A DNA stretch of 62,983 nt, counting the filler, from Craspedostauros australis (lineage: Eukaryota), in assembly GCA_030167865.1 (NCBI GenBank). It is 18 parts of 18 records of this genome, joined end to end, with 100 filler letters (N's around TTAATTAATTAA, not from the genome) between each part and the next. Parts side by side here need not be neighbours in the genome. Positions count along the whole stretch, not along the records: positions 7,745 to 10,324 come from JALAGF010000638.1; positions 10,425 to 11,591 come from JALAGF010000639.1; positions 11,692 to 13,284 come from JALAGF010000640.1; positions 13,385 to 16,398 come from JALAGF010000641.1; positions 16,499 to 17,867 come from JALAGF010000642.1; positions 17,968 to 19,873 come from JALAGF010000643.1; positions 19,974 to 28,298 come from JALAGF010000644.1; 11 more parts are not named here. One strand, 5' to 3'. The notes under the pieces were generated by a model. It made no database searches, was not told where the DNA came from, and saw only the letters and a list, made by a program, of their open reading frames with translations. This document shows, in pieces, positions 10,047 through 22,909 of the stretch; within the stretch, counting starts at the first letter, position 1; each line of letters opens with the position of its first letter. A program made the position numbers and the translations under genes.

Positions 10047-12406
10047 TCTTGATTGAGGTTGCGATTGAGAACACAGGAGGGCAGGTGATAGGAATTACAG
10101 TTGGATTCCCTGCTTGTGTTGAAGCAGGGCGGATCTCTTCATTGTTGTCGAGTAGTGGTAGTAGGTGTCATAGCTGACAAGGGAATTGAGGCAAGTTGCA
10201 ATTCAAGGATTCAGGGGAGCATACAGTTACCAGAACAGCTTGGATCGAGTCATTTGAGTAGTTTGAGTCAGTGATGATCAGTGAATGGAAAAAGGAGGAA
10301 AAAAGAATGGAGGATTTGCTGTTGNNNNNNNNNNNNNNNNNNNNNNNNNNNNNNNNNNNNNNNNNNNNTTAATTAATTAANNNNNNNNNNNNNNNNNNNN
10401 NNNNNNNNNNNNNNNNNNNNNNNNATTCATTGTTGGGGGCAACACGCATCTTGCACACTCAAAATTTGTCACTCTGCCTGGGAAACCTTTGACCGCGCGA
10501 GATGTTTGTGCTCCGCGCACGCGCAACACTTGTGATGTTGACATCTGTCGAAGGACCACTTTCAATTTGCATTGTCCACGTCGCGTGCAATGATTGGTGC
10601 AAAAACAAGTCCATCCGGTCGANGGTCGTGACATGTTGGTGAATCCTTCAGTCTCTCTTGGGTTATTCATCCAAGGACTGTCGGATGAAGGATCAGGCGC
10701 GTGCCGCTGGGATTCATCAGTGTTTGCAGATTGAAATGGTGGCGCTCAAGTATCAGATCAGTGTTGCCCCTGGCATCTGGCCTAGCACGAGTATCCATTT
10801 GGTTTTCATTCTTTCCATGCTTTGTGACTGACGGCAAAGGTATGAGCTTGACGCTTGACTCGATTGCAGCAGACAATGATGATGGCGATAGTAGTATTTA
10901 ATGACATGAAAGTCACTGGATGATCCAAGTGTTGAGGGTTCACACACAGCAGTATAGCATGATGCATGCCTTGCAACAGAGATGAAGAACAACTCCAATG
11001 CAATACGCACCACGTGGTGTCAGAGTCTGAGCCACGAATGCAATGTTCCCATACACGCACAATGCCATCACCAATGCACTTACCTGGTGCAGGGCANCCC
11101 ATCTTCTGCATGCTTTTCGCAATCCTCCCATCGACCCTCTTCTGGTGTCGCCTTGCCCATGTGAACAACTGGCCCGAAGAAGCGGCGTCTGCACGAGGCA
11201 ACCGATCTTGGGACCAGCGTACTCCAACAACAATTGACCCCACATGACAGGGTATGTGATTAGTCATCTTCCCTCTTCCAATATCTTCTCTTCTATTCTT
11301 CCCATCGTCAGGCGTACCCCAACACGAAGCCTGCATTGGCCACAATCTTGGCATATGCCATCTGGGATCTGTGCGCATGGCCGGAGTAGGAAGGCATAAT
11401 ATGGCCAAGGCCCAAGCTCCAACTACGTGGCAACTGACTTGTGTACGTCGCTGCTGCGTATTCTGGTGCATGCAGAGCCTGACAGGACACCTTCCATGAC
11501 TGTACCAAATGCTGATCGCTGGATGCACTAAAACACTGCCATCGGCGCGTGTGTAGAGGCAGAATCTTTGCCCAGTCGCCAACAGCCAAGCNNNNNNNNN
11601 NNNNNNNNNNNNNNNNNNNNNNNNNNNNNNNNNNNTTAATTAATTAANNNNNNNNNNNNNNNNNNNNNNNNNNNNNNNNNNNNNNNNNNNNACAGGGTTT
11701 TCACGCGAACGCCCGTGTCACCCAACGGTAGTAGCCAATGAATGATACAGCGGGTCCATACGACCCGATAACCCTCATAGTCTGAATCTTTATGGCTTTG
11801 CCATTCCTGAAATGGGTTTCGTGTGTGTGATACCATGGACAAATGGAATGACTACGAGGATCACGTCGCCTGTGGCGAACAAGGCAATTCGCATGCACAA
11901 GAAGCTGCAGGAGAAGGGAGACAACCAAGCGCAGAAGCCTGAGAATAGCGCAATAAAATGCCCATCATGAATAGATCTAGATGATGACGTCGCGGATGCA
12001 AGAGATGCTGGCGAGGTATGTATCGCTAAACCTTAACCGTAGTTAACCGAAAGGACACCATGAAACATCGTAAATCACGAACAACCAAGATCCATTTCCG
12101 AATGATGAGGTGAAAAAATACCACGGCGTCGTGCGTCAGAGATAAAGGTCTATAACTTTTGAAGAAAAGGTCGGATGAAGACCATTTTTATATGTACAAG
12201 ATCGTACGGTGGTATGGATTATGTTATTGTATATCATTTTACATTTTACATGTTTTGACAATCTGAGTCACGACCAGGCGCGACTGCAGTATCGTTCGCT
12301 GCCACGGGTCATAAATGTCCAGAAGTAGTGACTCAGTGACAATTCTCCAAAGCGGAAGATGTGTCGACCAGCGAACACCTTGAAAATGTGAGGTGAACAT
12401 GTCTGT

Positions 12407-12537
12407 GAGATCTGCACAGGAAGGTCACTTGGAGATCTGCACAGGAAGGTCACTTGGAGATCTGCACAGGAAGGTCACTTGGAGATCTGCACAGTTCACG
12501 TGGAGATCTGCACAGTTCACGTGGAGATCTTCACGCG
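12407..12537 (+). repeat. Compound minisatellite: 3 x 25 nt, 2 x 21 nt and one partial unit
   Basis: GAGATCTGCACAGGAAGGTCACTTG at 12407, 12432 and 12457; GAGATCTGCACAGTTCACGTG at 12482 and 12503; partial unit at 12524. Confidence 0.95.
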
Positions 12538-12974
12538 AAACTTTCAGTTCCTGTTGAGGCAATGAAGTCCCACCAACCTCTCCGTTGGCCGCTCAACCCT
12601 GGCTGTTCGGCGCCCACTTGCCGCAATTGGAGGTGACGAAGTCGGTGATTTCGTCGAAGAGGCACTCGCTTGTGTCAGGACAACTGCTTGCCATCGCTCG
12701 TTTCTCTTGTGGCGAGCAGCAAGGAAACAAACAGAGAAGTTTGGCGATGCCTCTGCACACCGATACGACCCCATTCAGGACAAAAAGGTAGTATCCTGCC
12801 GATTTTTTATCGGACAACATTACTTTTTTGGCAAACGATGTGGCGTGTTGTCCATTAGGGTCATATTTAATTAGCTAGCTTCTACGACACAAATACCTGG
12901 CTGACTTGTCTTCAGCGTGGACGAAAATGCTGACGCCAACGACGGTCGATGTCAGACCACGATTGTATTCAATG

Positions 12975-13284
12975 GAGTTGGGACAGACTAGCTCCGGGAC
13001 TTACTCGGGACTTGACTGTCCATTCCGCGTACACGGTATTCGGTACCCAAGACCGATACTGTGATGAAAGGCTACCACACACACGATGTGTAGTTGAACT
13101 GCAATCCTTGCGTTGCTCGCCCTCCAGCTCATGCATCCCTGCCACCTGTCCACCTCGTCACCCTGCCGAACATGCATCTGTCTTGAAGCATATCCATGTA
13201 AATGGATCAGCTACTGCTCTACGGGTGATGATACTGGAAAGCTGTATGTGTGCAGGATCACCACGGCATGCTGCTGCGCAACAA
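12975..13284 (+). mobile_element. Dispersed non-coding repeat copy 2 (cut by linker)
   Basis: Diverged homologue of 9072-9383 starting GAGTTGGGACAG. Confidence 0.65.
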
Positions 13285-16200
13285 NNNNNNNNNNNNNNNN
13301 NNNNNNNNNNNNNNNNNNNNNNNNNNNNTTAATTAATTAANNNNNNNNNNNNNNNNNNNNNNNNNNNNNNNNNNNNNNNNNNNNCAGGCAATGCCATCAC
13401 CAACAGCAGCAACAGTAGGAGCCGAAAGCACCAGAATCGGAATGACATCGCCAACAGCAATGCTGGAATCCACTGCAACGGTCCCTGAAGATGATACAAG
13501 AGCAGGGGAGGCAGCGGAAGGAAGTTTTGAAGAAGCCCTGGAGGTTGAAGTAGCATCGACAACATCAACACCATCAACAGAAGGAGGGATGGAAGAACAC
13601 AACCCTCAACATGACGATGCCAATGAGGAGAATGAGCAAGGGGAGGCAACTGCTACTGGGATGAGGACTCGAGGGAGGTCAGCACGACAGCGCCGTGGTA
13701 ATGCAAGTTGACTGCCTTCAGTATGGCGAACGAAAGTTGTAGATGTAGAAGAGAATGGCATAAATAGTGGAGTCAGAATGTGCAACTTTTGCTTGTTGTA
13801 ACTAGATGAATCCTGCTGGTGGAAATGCAACAAGTCAAGTGGCGATAGAGTTCGAACAACATCCGCAACCCCCATTCGAAGAGAGGGTAACATGCTGGCT
13901 CTGTGGCTGTCGAATGTGTGGAATTTCATGGAGGGGTGGAGGATCCGCAGACCAGAATGACAAAATCCAAAAAAAGACAAAATGCAGTACATGCACAACA
14001 CAAGAATAAGCAGAAAAGCCACAAGTCCCTTTCGAAAATACGTAAGAATTTTTCACCATTTGGTTGCCCGCATCCATTTTTTTCTTTCGTTTTCCTTCGT
14101 CGTAATTCGCAAAAAACGACGTTTTCCCTTCCCCCCCACAGCAGAGCAGAGAATGGAGACCGGAAGCGCCCTGATGAGATGTCGAGAACCAAGTTCAATG
14201 CGGTATCCTGAGTCGACGTTGTCCAGTGGTCTCTTTCTGACATGGTTCGCACTTGGTCGTATTGCACACTTCACCCTTCACCGTCCATAGCTCTGGTACG
14301 AGTCTCATGCGGAGGCATGCAATGGAGAAGAGTTTGTGAATCAGTTGTGGAGCACGCACTCGGAGATTGTAGGGCGCGCTGTGATAGAGGCAACGCCGAG
14401 TCATCGCAATGCCAAGGCAGAAACGAACGCAGAGGTTCGCAGCTACGCAGCATGCTCGATTCGAAGAAAGTGCCATGGCGCTGATTCCGGTTCTTGCTAC
14501 GATTAAGGTGTAGGAAACATGGGATGCGGAACATGGAACACGGGAGTGTAGTCGTTTGTCAATGGCTGCCAGTCTCACCTGGGTCTATGTCCATCGAAAT
14601 TGGATAGAGTAGAGCAGAGCAGAGCGGAGTACTGCAACACATGGATGAATCCTCACGGAAGGGATTGAAGTTTGATCCAGAGCTCGGACGAGAAGTGGGC
14701 GCGCGCAGATATCGGACCTGGAGCACTCGAAGCCGGATGGGGATGACCGTGGATCGCCGACACCTGATCCGATTCCCAGAACCACCACTGTCTCTTCCTT
14801 GTTTACATCTTCGGTTTGCGTTGAGTGCCTCACCTTCATTCATTCTCCGGAGTGATGCGGTACTCTCTGATACTCTCTACACACATAGGATGACATCCAC
14901 TCATGTTTCATGCCAATAAACCAAAACCGAACCGCCAGTGACTGTCGCTGCGCTGTGCATGGTTCGACGGCGTATGAGAAACGATGTGGAGCAGTACACT
15001 CACTTCTTCTTTGTCTTGTTGTTGTTGTTGTTGCTCAACGCATTTGCCCACATCAGGCTGCATTCCTGCAATGGGCCATAGCACCTTGGCACCGCAGAAT
15101 AGAGAAGAGGGCACAACTATCATGCAGCTGCCAGCATGTTGACGAACCTCAGCATGATTTAGAGAGCAGCAACGTGAACACGGCTGAGGACATGGTTCTG
15201 CTCATTCCACCAGTATTCGCGAAGTGCACGCGCATGTGCCTGCCAACACCACCACACGGATCACAGGAGTGCAGTATGGCATCGAGAGTTACGTTCTGTC
15301 CTGCTGGCACTCCATTTCTTGTGCAACAACATTCCTTGCGCCCGCATGAACACGGTCATAGTCTGCTCGTGTATGGTATTGCGTGCTGCCACCAACACCC
15401 TCCTCGCGAGACCTTGGCTCTCTCTCTCCACTTCGTCTTTCATGTGATCCAGGCGAAAGCGGCGAGGTTCGGCGGGTCGCCTCCCACACCTCTACTTTCT
15501 CTGCAGGCGCTAACAGAAGCTCACGAGGTTCCAACTGCGAAAATGTGGTCGGAGAAAAGCAAGTCGGCGTGAACATGGTCAAATTCGCAGCTTCGACATT
15601 CTCCATTTATTTGGTTTCCATGTTAAGTTGCGATTCACGAGTGATTGTCACGGCCATGGATCGCTTAAGTGGACAGGACCAATACTGCCAGAACAAGACA
15701 AAAAGGTGATTGCGCTTCTTGTCCGGAAGATGCGCAGGATAAGTATCACCGTGCCGCATTGGCATGACTGCGATACTTCGTGAACGATCCGATCGTGAAA
15801 TTAGTGATTGGAGGAGAGCACAGCGTCGAGCAAATTGAGACAGACAGCGAAGCGACAGTAGCACACCTCAATTCGCGTCACTCTCTCTGGAGAGTGAACG
15901 GTCGCGAATAGTTGCACAGCCACCATCATTAGAAGTATCACCATGAGCGGCATGTCCGTCGCGAGTGTTGGAGACATGCAACAGTCATCGTCATGATGCC
16001 GGCAAGCAACGTGCGTGGTGGCAACGTGCCACGCAGATCCAGATTTGTGTGAACATGCCTCACGTACGACCTGCGCCAAACCGTAAACTGGGTCACGATA
16101 ACGCTAGTTGTAGAGTTTTGGCCCCTTGTTGCCACTGGTTTGCTTGCTTTTGGGAGAAACGGCGATTGTACATTTAGAGCTATTTCGTGTTTACTCTCGC

Positions 16201-16498
16201 TGATCCGTCTTCTACGTCACAGGGGACGGATTCCACGTCATGCAAAACGAGTCACAACAGAGGAAGAGACATCGTGTGACTCTTCCTCCACAAGACAACG
16301 TGATGACCGTGCGAAGCAACAACAGAATGCCAGCAGATCCGAAGGTTCGTCATCTCGCAGTCAGCAACTCCACTGGCAAGGCTCCGTCATTCCGGTCANN
16401 NNNNNNNNNNNNNNNNNNNNNNNNNNNNNNNNNNNNNNNNNNTTAATTAATTAANNNNNNNNNNNNNNNNNNNNNNNNNNNNNNNNNNNNNNNNNNNN

Positions 16499-17867
16499 CC
16501 ATCCTGACTGGATCCAGGCACCACCAGGCAAGAACTACAACCGCAACAACCTGCGTGGCAACTTCAGAACCTGCATCAATCGCCTCAAGCTACACAGGGA
16601 AGGGAAGAATCAACGTAAGTACACGAGTTGGATTGCTGTGTCACGAGCATGCCTGATCAAGCTCACATGCTGCTGCTGCTGCTGCTGCTGCTGCTTTCAT
16701 CCTCATTCAGGCCTGCCAACTGACTTCAAACGCCGAGCTGGCCTCCCTGCTACACCAGACAGGAACAGGGACATCACAGCAACAGAGCGCAGTGGCTTGG
16801 CCATTCAACCAGGTGACGCATTCGGAGAGAGCGACGACGACGACGACGACGAGAGCTTCATCGACAACGATCACGAAAGCGATATCAGCTTGGAGAGCAT
16901 CGATCTCGATAGTGGCACCACCAGCACCACTACCAACAACAACAACAGCAACAATAACAATAACAACAACACAGACCTCACTCCAGGGCATCTCACAACT
17001 CTTGGCAGCCCCATCTCCGAGACATCATTTGAACCAGATCCTCAAGCCAGCACACAGATCGCAGCAGCCAGATCCGTTCATTCTCCTGTTGTTCGTTTTT
17101 CTGAGACGCTCGTTGACACCCCTTTGGTGACAGCGCCACCGCAAACCAATCCATCCAACAAGCGCGCGCGTTTCGAGGAGGACCATCGCGACACAACCCC
17201 CACCACCACCACCAGCCCACCAGCGAACACCAACGAACACGAATTGGGACCAAGGAAGATCGATTTTGGCGAAGTTGGCGAATTGACAAAAAATATGAAG
17301 AAGATGACCGTCAACCCGTTGGGCCAGGAATTCAAGGCCCTCGTCTTGGGGGGCCTGCATCTTGTCCCCATCAGTGTGGACGAACCAACCAAAACTGCGA
17401 ATCAAGCTGATCAGCGTCGTGGCTTTTCAATCCACTACCACTGCCCGTACCTCATGCACTGGGAGAATGTGGCATTCCAAATTGTGGAGGAGAGTGCNNN
17501 NNNNNNNNNNNNNNNNNNNNNNNNNNNNNNNNNNNNNNNNNNNNNNNNNNNNNNNNNNNNNNNNNNNNNNNNNNNNNNNNNNNNNNNNNNNNNNNNNNNN
17601 NNNNNNNNNNNNNNNNNNNNNNNNNNNNNNNNNNNNNNNNNNNNNNNNNNNNNNNNNNNNNNNGCAGCAAGCATGGACTTCCCTGTGTCTGATGGCTTCA
17701 TGTTTGTCAAGGTGCGCAAACTTTTCCCGTCCAAGGTGGTACCGAACTTCGTTGACCGCTTCGAGCAATACAAAGATGTTGCACATGACGAAGATCCGCT
17801 CGAGTGCACTGAGATCAACACAAACTTTGGATACAACGTGAAGAACGAAGGCGACGACACTGATCCA
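16499..17867 (+). CDS. Hypothetical protein, partial at both ends, one intron (16615-16710)
   Basis: The GTAAGT…TTCAG intron joins two open frames in phase 1 (…GKNQ-R-LPTDF…). Poly-Asp and poly-Asn tracts. Internal N gap at 17498-17663. Confidence 0.55.
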
Positions 17868-17967
17868 NNNNNNNNNNNNNNNNNNNNNNNNNNNNNNNNN
17901 NNNNNNNNNNNTTAATTAATTAANNNNNNNNNNNNNNNNNNNNNNNNNNNNNNNNNNNNNNNNNNNN

Positions 17968-18534
17968 GCGGAGGGCGACAAAACAGGAGCACCAACCATC
18001 GTCAAGGAGGGATGGGCCAAAACCTTCCAAGACAAGCCCAGCACAAGCACAGCCACCAACGACGAGCCTGTGCCCAAGAATTTGCCATCAATGACAAAGG
18101 AGGTTGCAAAGATTGTGTGTGAAGCCAAGATCAAAGGTGAGAACAACAAGGACAAGCGGAAATCAGAGTATGTTGTGCATCAAGACTTGCTGGAAGGCCC
18201 TTTGGCTGCTGATTGGAAAGGACGTGTGAAAATCACGATTCCATTCCTCAAATCGTTCCTGTCAGGTGATGTGAAGCGTGCACAGAACTACATGGCGAAT
18301 AATGGGTACTTGACGGAGGGCTACGATGCTGTCGAAGAGGAGATGCAACCATTGGATGTGATGGAGGAAAACGAAAACGCGATGCACCTGGGGGATATCG
18401 ACACCTGGATGGGTGGCATTCCAGACGATCCAGAATGTGACGATGGTGCCCATCTTCTGCACAATGGCATTTTGCTCGAAATCGAAGAACCTCCACTCGA
18501 GCTGGATCCCAACACAACCATTTATGAAGTGTGA
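17968..18534 (+). CDS. Hypothetical protein, C-terminal part
   Basis: Open from the contig edge to TGA at 18534 with protein-like composition and an acidic tail; no domain recognised. Confidence 0.4.
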   Translation, partial: AEGDKTGAPTIVKEGWAKTFQDKPSTSTATNDEPVPKNLPSMTKEVAKIVCEAKIKGENNKDKRKSEYVVHQDLLEGPLAADWKGRVKITIPFLKSFLSGDVKRAQNYMANNGYLTEGYDAVEEEMQPLDVMEENENAMHLGDIDTWMGGIPDDPECDDGAHLLHNGILLEIEEPPLELDPNTTIYEV

Positions 18535-18621
18535 TGAGTCTACTTGCACATCAATTCACATGATCTAAAGTATAGTAGCCATTGGATGACTGTGCCAACA
18601 GTTGCAAGAGCATGCACAATG

Positions 18622-18736
18622 TGTGTTGTGTTGTGCTGTGTCGTGTCGTGTTTTTTTGTGTTGTGTTGTGTCGTGTTGTACTGTGTCATGTTGTGTCGTG
18701 TTGTGTCATGTTGTGTCATGTTGTGTCGTGCTGTGT
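18622..18736. repeat. Degenerate pentanucleotide microsatellite (TGTTG/TGTCG/TGTCA)n
   Basis: About 23 imperfect 5-nt units visible. Confidence 0.9.
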
Positions 18737-20020
18737 GCACGCGTTCGCACTCAGCACGGAAAACTGCACGATCACACNGGTCGCGATCGGCTTCGCCAGA
18801 AACCAAAAAGTGTAGGACAACAGTTTTGGGGATGGGAGAGCACCCATCAGCAGCTTTGATGGTCGAAGATGCCATGCAAGCATCTTCCAAATCGCCAAGC
18901 CACCCATAGAAGATATGTTCATCATTAACACAGGAAAAAAATGTTGTGAGAGTTTTAAGTAATATTGTCTGCAAGAGGCGTTATCCTAAAATAACCGCCA
19001 AGGGGCCTTTTTCGGCACCGACAAAACGGCATGATGGGCTCATCATACGGGTGCGTACCTTCGAGAGCATGCACACCCAACCCATTCTGGATGCATCAGG
19101 ATGTCTTCAGGGAACGTGGTCACGCGCGGGGCGCACGACGAGGGGCTGCGAAGGTCGTAGGAATGAGATACGGATGCAAACAGTAGCAGCATCACGATCG
19201 GCGGTAGTTTTTCGAAATCGTTGGGCTTCAGGACGGGGACCATTTGGGGCATGGGATGCTGATATCAGTGGCGAAGCTTCATTGAAAGTCGATAGATACA
19301 GGATATACGGAGACAGTGTGGTGCGTAGCTTGCAGCAATACGACGGTCACGGGTGCTGAGGGGAGGTCAGGCTGGCACCATCCACGATTTGGGGACTCAC
19401 GAAAAAGCCGAATACATGCCGAAACGACGTTAAAAATAAAGTTGTGATAATTTTAACTTCGATGGTCACCACCGCTGATAGGAAGCTGTATACATGTACT
19501 ATTTGGTTTCAACTGGAAACGATGTGTTGTTGTGATATGGCATCATATCCAGTTGTTGGCATTGATTTTGGGCGTGTTCTGTGTGGGCGTGGTTGGCACA
19601 CCTCGTGGCACGAAACTCCACGGGTAGTGCTATCACGGAGGCATTCCATGGCACGTCGCGCGCAACATGAAAGAGTTGCATCATCGTTGTTGTTGCGATT
19701 TCGTATGGTGCTCTATTTGTCTTAGCTTCGGTACCATGCGATGCTCACATGGGTCGACGTTTCAGCAACGAATGCACTGTGCCATTGCGCTGTGTTGACG
19801 TGCTTTGGGGCGACATCCTGCTGTGCTGCATGGTGCCATCGTGCTCGTATCGTGTCCATGTGCTGCCATCGACNNNNNNNNNNNNNNNNNNNNNNNNNNN
19901 NNNNNNNNNNNNNNNNNTTAATTAATTAANNNNNNNNNNNNNNNNNNNNNNNNNNNNNNNNNNNNNNNNNNNNACGGTTATCGCCAACGGTTTCGGAACT
20001 CGTGAACGTACGTTGCAACA

Positions 20021-22909
20021 ATGACAAAACACATAAAATTTAAAAAGAAGCAGAGCGTTTACAAGACCAGCATGACGCCAGTGACAAAGAACGACGATGG
20101 TGACCCCTCCCGCAACAAACAGCGGAAGAAACAAGTGAATTTCGGAGGAGTTGAAATCTCGGGCACACCCAACGACGGTATCGCCAAAAAGCAGGCAACG
20201 TGGACGGAAGCGGAAGAGAAGGAAGTCAAGAGGAAGATGGAGATGAGCAACGCCAAGCCGTACCCGGAGTGCGTGGGAGCAGGAGACTCTATCAACACAG
20301 CATGGAAGGTGGTCCGCAACTACCTCGAATGCGAAAGAGGAGATCTAGAGACAATGGAGGAATGGACCGAGGTATTCAAGAAAGGGAAAGCCTGCCATTG
20401 GGACGCAGCCACGAACCAGAAGGTGCAACAGATGGAGGCTCGACTCCTGGCCACGAAAGCCGATATGTTCCCACCAGTATTCTGGGAAGAAGGGAACATC
20501 ATGGGTAGCATCATGACCAACCCTTGGATAGCCGCCCGAGTAGTCCACAAAGCCACATCGACCGAATCACCGGAGAAGCGACGCAGAATCGGCGGAGACA
20601 ACAAGCCGAAAACGACCGCGACGAAGACAACCAAAGCAGGAACCCAACAAACAAGCAAAACAAAGCAAAAGCAAAAGTTACAGCCCAAGCCTGACAAGGA
20701 TACACAGCGCCAACCAGTCAACACCACCGATAAGGAGAAGCAAGAGAGCACGGCCACAAACCCATACAAGAAAAACTCTCCATCGTTCGCGGAAGCCCTG
20801 AAATCAACCCCGATTACGGCAGGCAAAGATGGGCCAACGCTCCTCCCAGCCAGCCAGTTCTTCCTCAGCAAGCCAATGGTGAAAAAAGACCACAAGCGCA
20901 ACGTCAACGAGGCATTGGGACGGAAGTTCAGCACCTACTGCACCTTCCGTAGCCCCACATTGAAAGGGAAAGACAAATCCGTGGAGAAAGAAGTGACCGA
21001 GGCAATGGCCACCCTAATGGCGCACCTATTCACGCAAGACCCAGACCTGATCATACACCGATGGGACGGACAAGGCCAAGGATTGACAGCCGACAGCGAC
21101 AAAGTGACCTCGGTTTCCAAAATCAGGAACTACGTGAACAAGATGTACACAAAGGCGGGCAAGCAGACATGGTGCCGGTTCTACTTCTCACACAACAAGG
21201 AGTGGGCAGAACTGCAGGACGACGGACGCCTCCAGGACAACGACATCATACTTTCCAAGTGCACAGTACAAGCAAGAGAAGAAGTGCCAGTAGGATGGTT
21301 CTGCGCCAGCCACAGATCGACCAACTGCAATGACTTAACCGAGGCCATCAACAACCTGGAGGATATGGTGAAGGCAAAAGTCAAGGTGGGTATACGTATG
21401 CAGTCAATCAAACTGGACAAGTACGAAAAGGTGAAGAAAGAGGACCAGGTTTATGCAGCGCACATCCTTGCAAGTAAGGAAGATGCCATCAAGTGTGAAC
21501 AACTCATGGGGAAACTGTTTGCGGCAGGCAAGAACAGGATCCTAGGCAAGCGCCTCCGTTTCATATCCGACCTCACCGATGAACAGCGCCCAGCAACACA
21601 CGAGGACAGGCGCAACGCGATGCTGTACAAAAAGAAACAGAAAGAATTCCTGGAGAACACAAAGACCACCATCGTTTCCTTTATCCACGGCCTCGACTAC
21701 GTCGAACCCAAGAACAAGGTATCCCTGCGCAACGTCCTCTCCAAGCTCATGTCGACCTCAGGAGACAAGGACGGGTCAGCGCTGTTCCTGGCCGTTGAGA
21801 ACGGCAGGAATTGGGGCGACACAGTGTTTGTGTACAGCCAGGACGTTGCTGAGGAAGCCAGCATGATAATCCCACTGCTGCCCACGGTGGTGTACAAGTA
21901 CTGTGGCGGCAAAGCAGCCACCTGGTTCACAGATTACATCTGGGATGCCAACACAAGCTACGAGATGAATATGCACGGCGAGGTAATCAAAGCGGATTGG
22001 GAGCGGGACATTCTCAAGAAGCAAGTGGACAACGAATGGTACGCCAGCATGGGACTGCAACGCCCGGAAGAGGACAAAGAGGAACCTGAAAACAAACAGC
22101 CCAAGATGACCTTTGCGATCGACTTTGGGACCATACCCAAAACCATGGACGGGGACCACGGATCCGTGGGAGTGATGCGAAGGTGGCACAACTGCGACGA
22201 CGCGTCCCTGAGGTCCGCCATCACTTCAATGAAGTCGCAATGTCCAGAAGCAAAAAAAGAGACAATGAGAGTGGTGAGTGAAGCAATGAAAAAGCTAGAA
22301 GTGATCGACCCGGAGGCCAGGGCCCAATGGATGGAAGCTATTCTTGGTCCCGGTGCAGCAGGCACGGCCAAATCCGCGGCAGGTACAGCGGCATCCCAAC
22401 CCAACAGCGACGGAACCGATAACCCCCCGGAAGGAAAGGACGTCGACCGGGCCACCCAGACGCTTGAGGAACTGCAAGGCAGGAGCAAAGCCAAGGACTT
22501 TATGGAAACTGAGGACGACGGTTCAATGTCCGACGTGTCGATGGGATCAGGCCCTTCCTATCAGGTGCAGAACAACGTCACCTCCGCCGAAGTAGTCAAC
22601 CTGGTCGACCTTTCATCAGACGATGAATCAGGGGCCCCGTTCCCTCGACTGACCACCAGGAAAATGAGGACCAGAGCGCAAGCCAAAAAGAAAGAGAAGG
22701 AAGCGTGCATCTCCAAGGTAAAGGAGCGCCACCATAATGATGCAACCATGAAGCGCGCGGTCAGCCCGATGAAGAAAGCCAGACCCAAAACTGACATCCC
22801 AGCAACAGACGACAACAGGCCACTCGTGCGGCCAACAAAGCAGACAGAACTATCTGCACCCACAAACGGTTCAACCGCCAGCGACTCGAAGATCGCAGGC
22901 CAAGAATGA
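20021..22909 (+). CDS. LINE ORF1, 962 aa
   Basis: Long uninterrupted ORF before ORF2 with Lys/Thr-rich disordered ends and an ordered core (~aa 300-680). No CCHC knuckle seen. Confidence 0.9.
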   Translation: MTKHIKFKKKQSVYKTSMTPVTKNDDGDPSRNKQRKKQVNFGGVEISGTPNDGIAKKQATWTEAEEKEVKRKMEMSNAKPYPECVGAGDSINTAWKVVRNYLECERGDLETMEEWTEVFKKGKACHWDAATNQKVQQMEARLLATKADMFPPVFWEEGNIMGSIMTNPWIAARVVHKATSTESPEKRRRIGGDNKPKTTATKTTKAGTQQTSKTKQKQKLQPKPDKDTQRQPVNTTDKEKQESTATNPYKKNSPSFAEALKSTPITAGKDGPTLLPASQFFLSKPMVKKDHKRNVNEALGRKFSTYCTFRSPTLKGKDKSVEKEVTEAMATLMAHLFTQDPDLIIHRWDGQGQGLTADSDKVTSVSKIRNYVNKMYTKAGKQTWCRFYFSHNKEWAELQDDGRLQDNDIILSKCTVQAREEVPVGWFCASHRSTNCNDLTEAINNLEDMVKAKVKVGIRMQSIKLDKYEKVKKEDQVYAAHILASKEDAIKCEQLMGKLFAAGKNRILGKRLRFISDLTDEQRPATHEDRRNAMLYKKKQKEFLENTKTTIVSFIHGLDYVEPKNKVSLRNVLSKLMSTSGDKDGSALFLAVENGRNWGDTVFVYSQDVAEEASMIIPLLPTVVYKYCGGKAATWFTDYIWDANTSYEMNMHGEVIKADWERDILKKQVDNEWYASMGLQRPEEDKEEPENKQPKMTFAIDFGTIPKTMDGDHGSVGVMRRWHNCDDASLRSAITSMKSQCPEAKKETMRVVSEAMKKLEVIDPEARAQWMEAILGPGAAGTAKSAAGTAASQPNSDGTDNPPEGKDVDRATQTLEELQGRSKAKDFMETEDDGSMSDVSMGSGPSYQVQNNVTSAEVVNLVDLSSDDESGAPFPRLTTRKMRTRAQAKKKEKEACISKVKERHHNDATMKRAVSPMKKARPKTDIPATDDNRPLVRPTKQTELSAPTNGSTASDSKIAGQE

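Noticed and set aside
10425..11591. Possible degenerate LINE 3' region on the minus strand (…DGRIAKSMQK…VRVWEHCIR)
   Set aside because: The resemblance is faint and no catalytic motif is recoverable.
12407..12537. CRISPR array
   Set aside because: Spacers are identical and very short, there are no cas genes and the context is eukaryotic.
13385..14140. Acidic ORF, Cys-rich decayed tail and possible DNA-transposon end
   Set aside because: No partner terminus, TSD or transposase motif is visible.
18544..18909. Cys/Val-rich ORFs as metallothionein or membrane proteins (also 32264-32819)
   Set aside because: They are translations of microsatellites.
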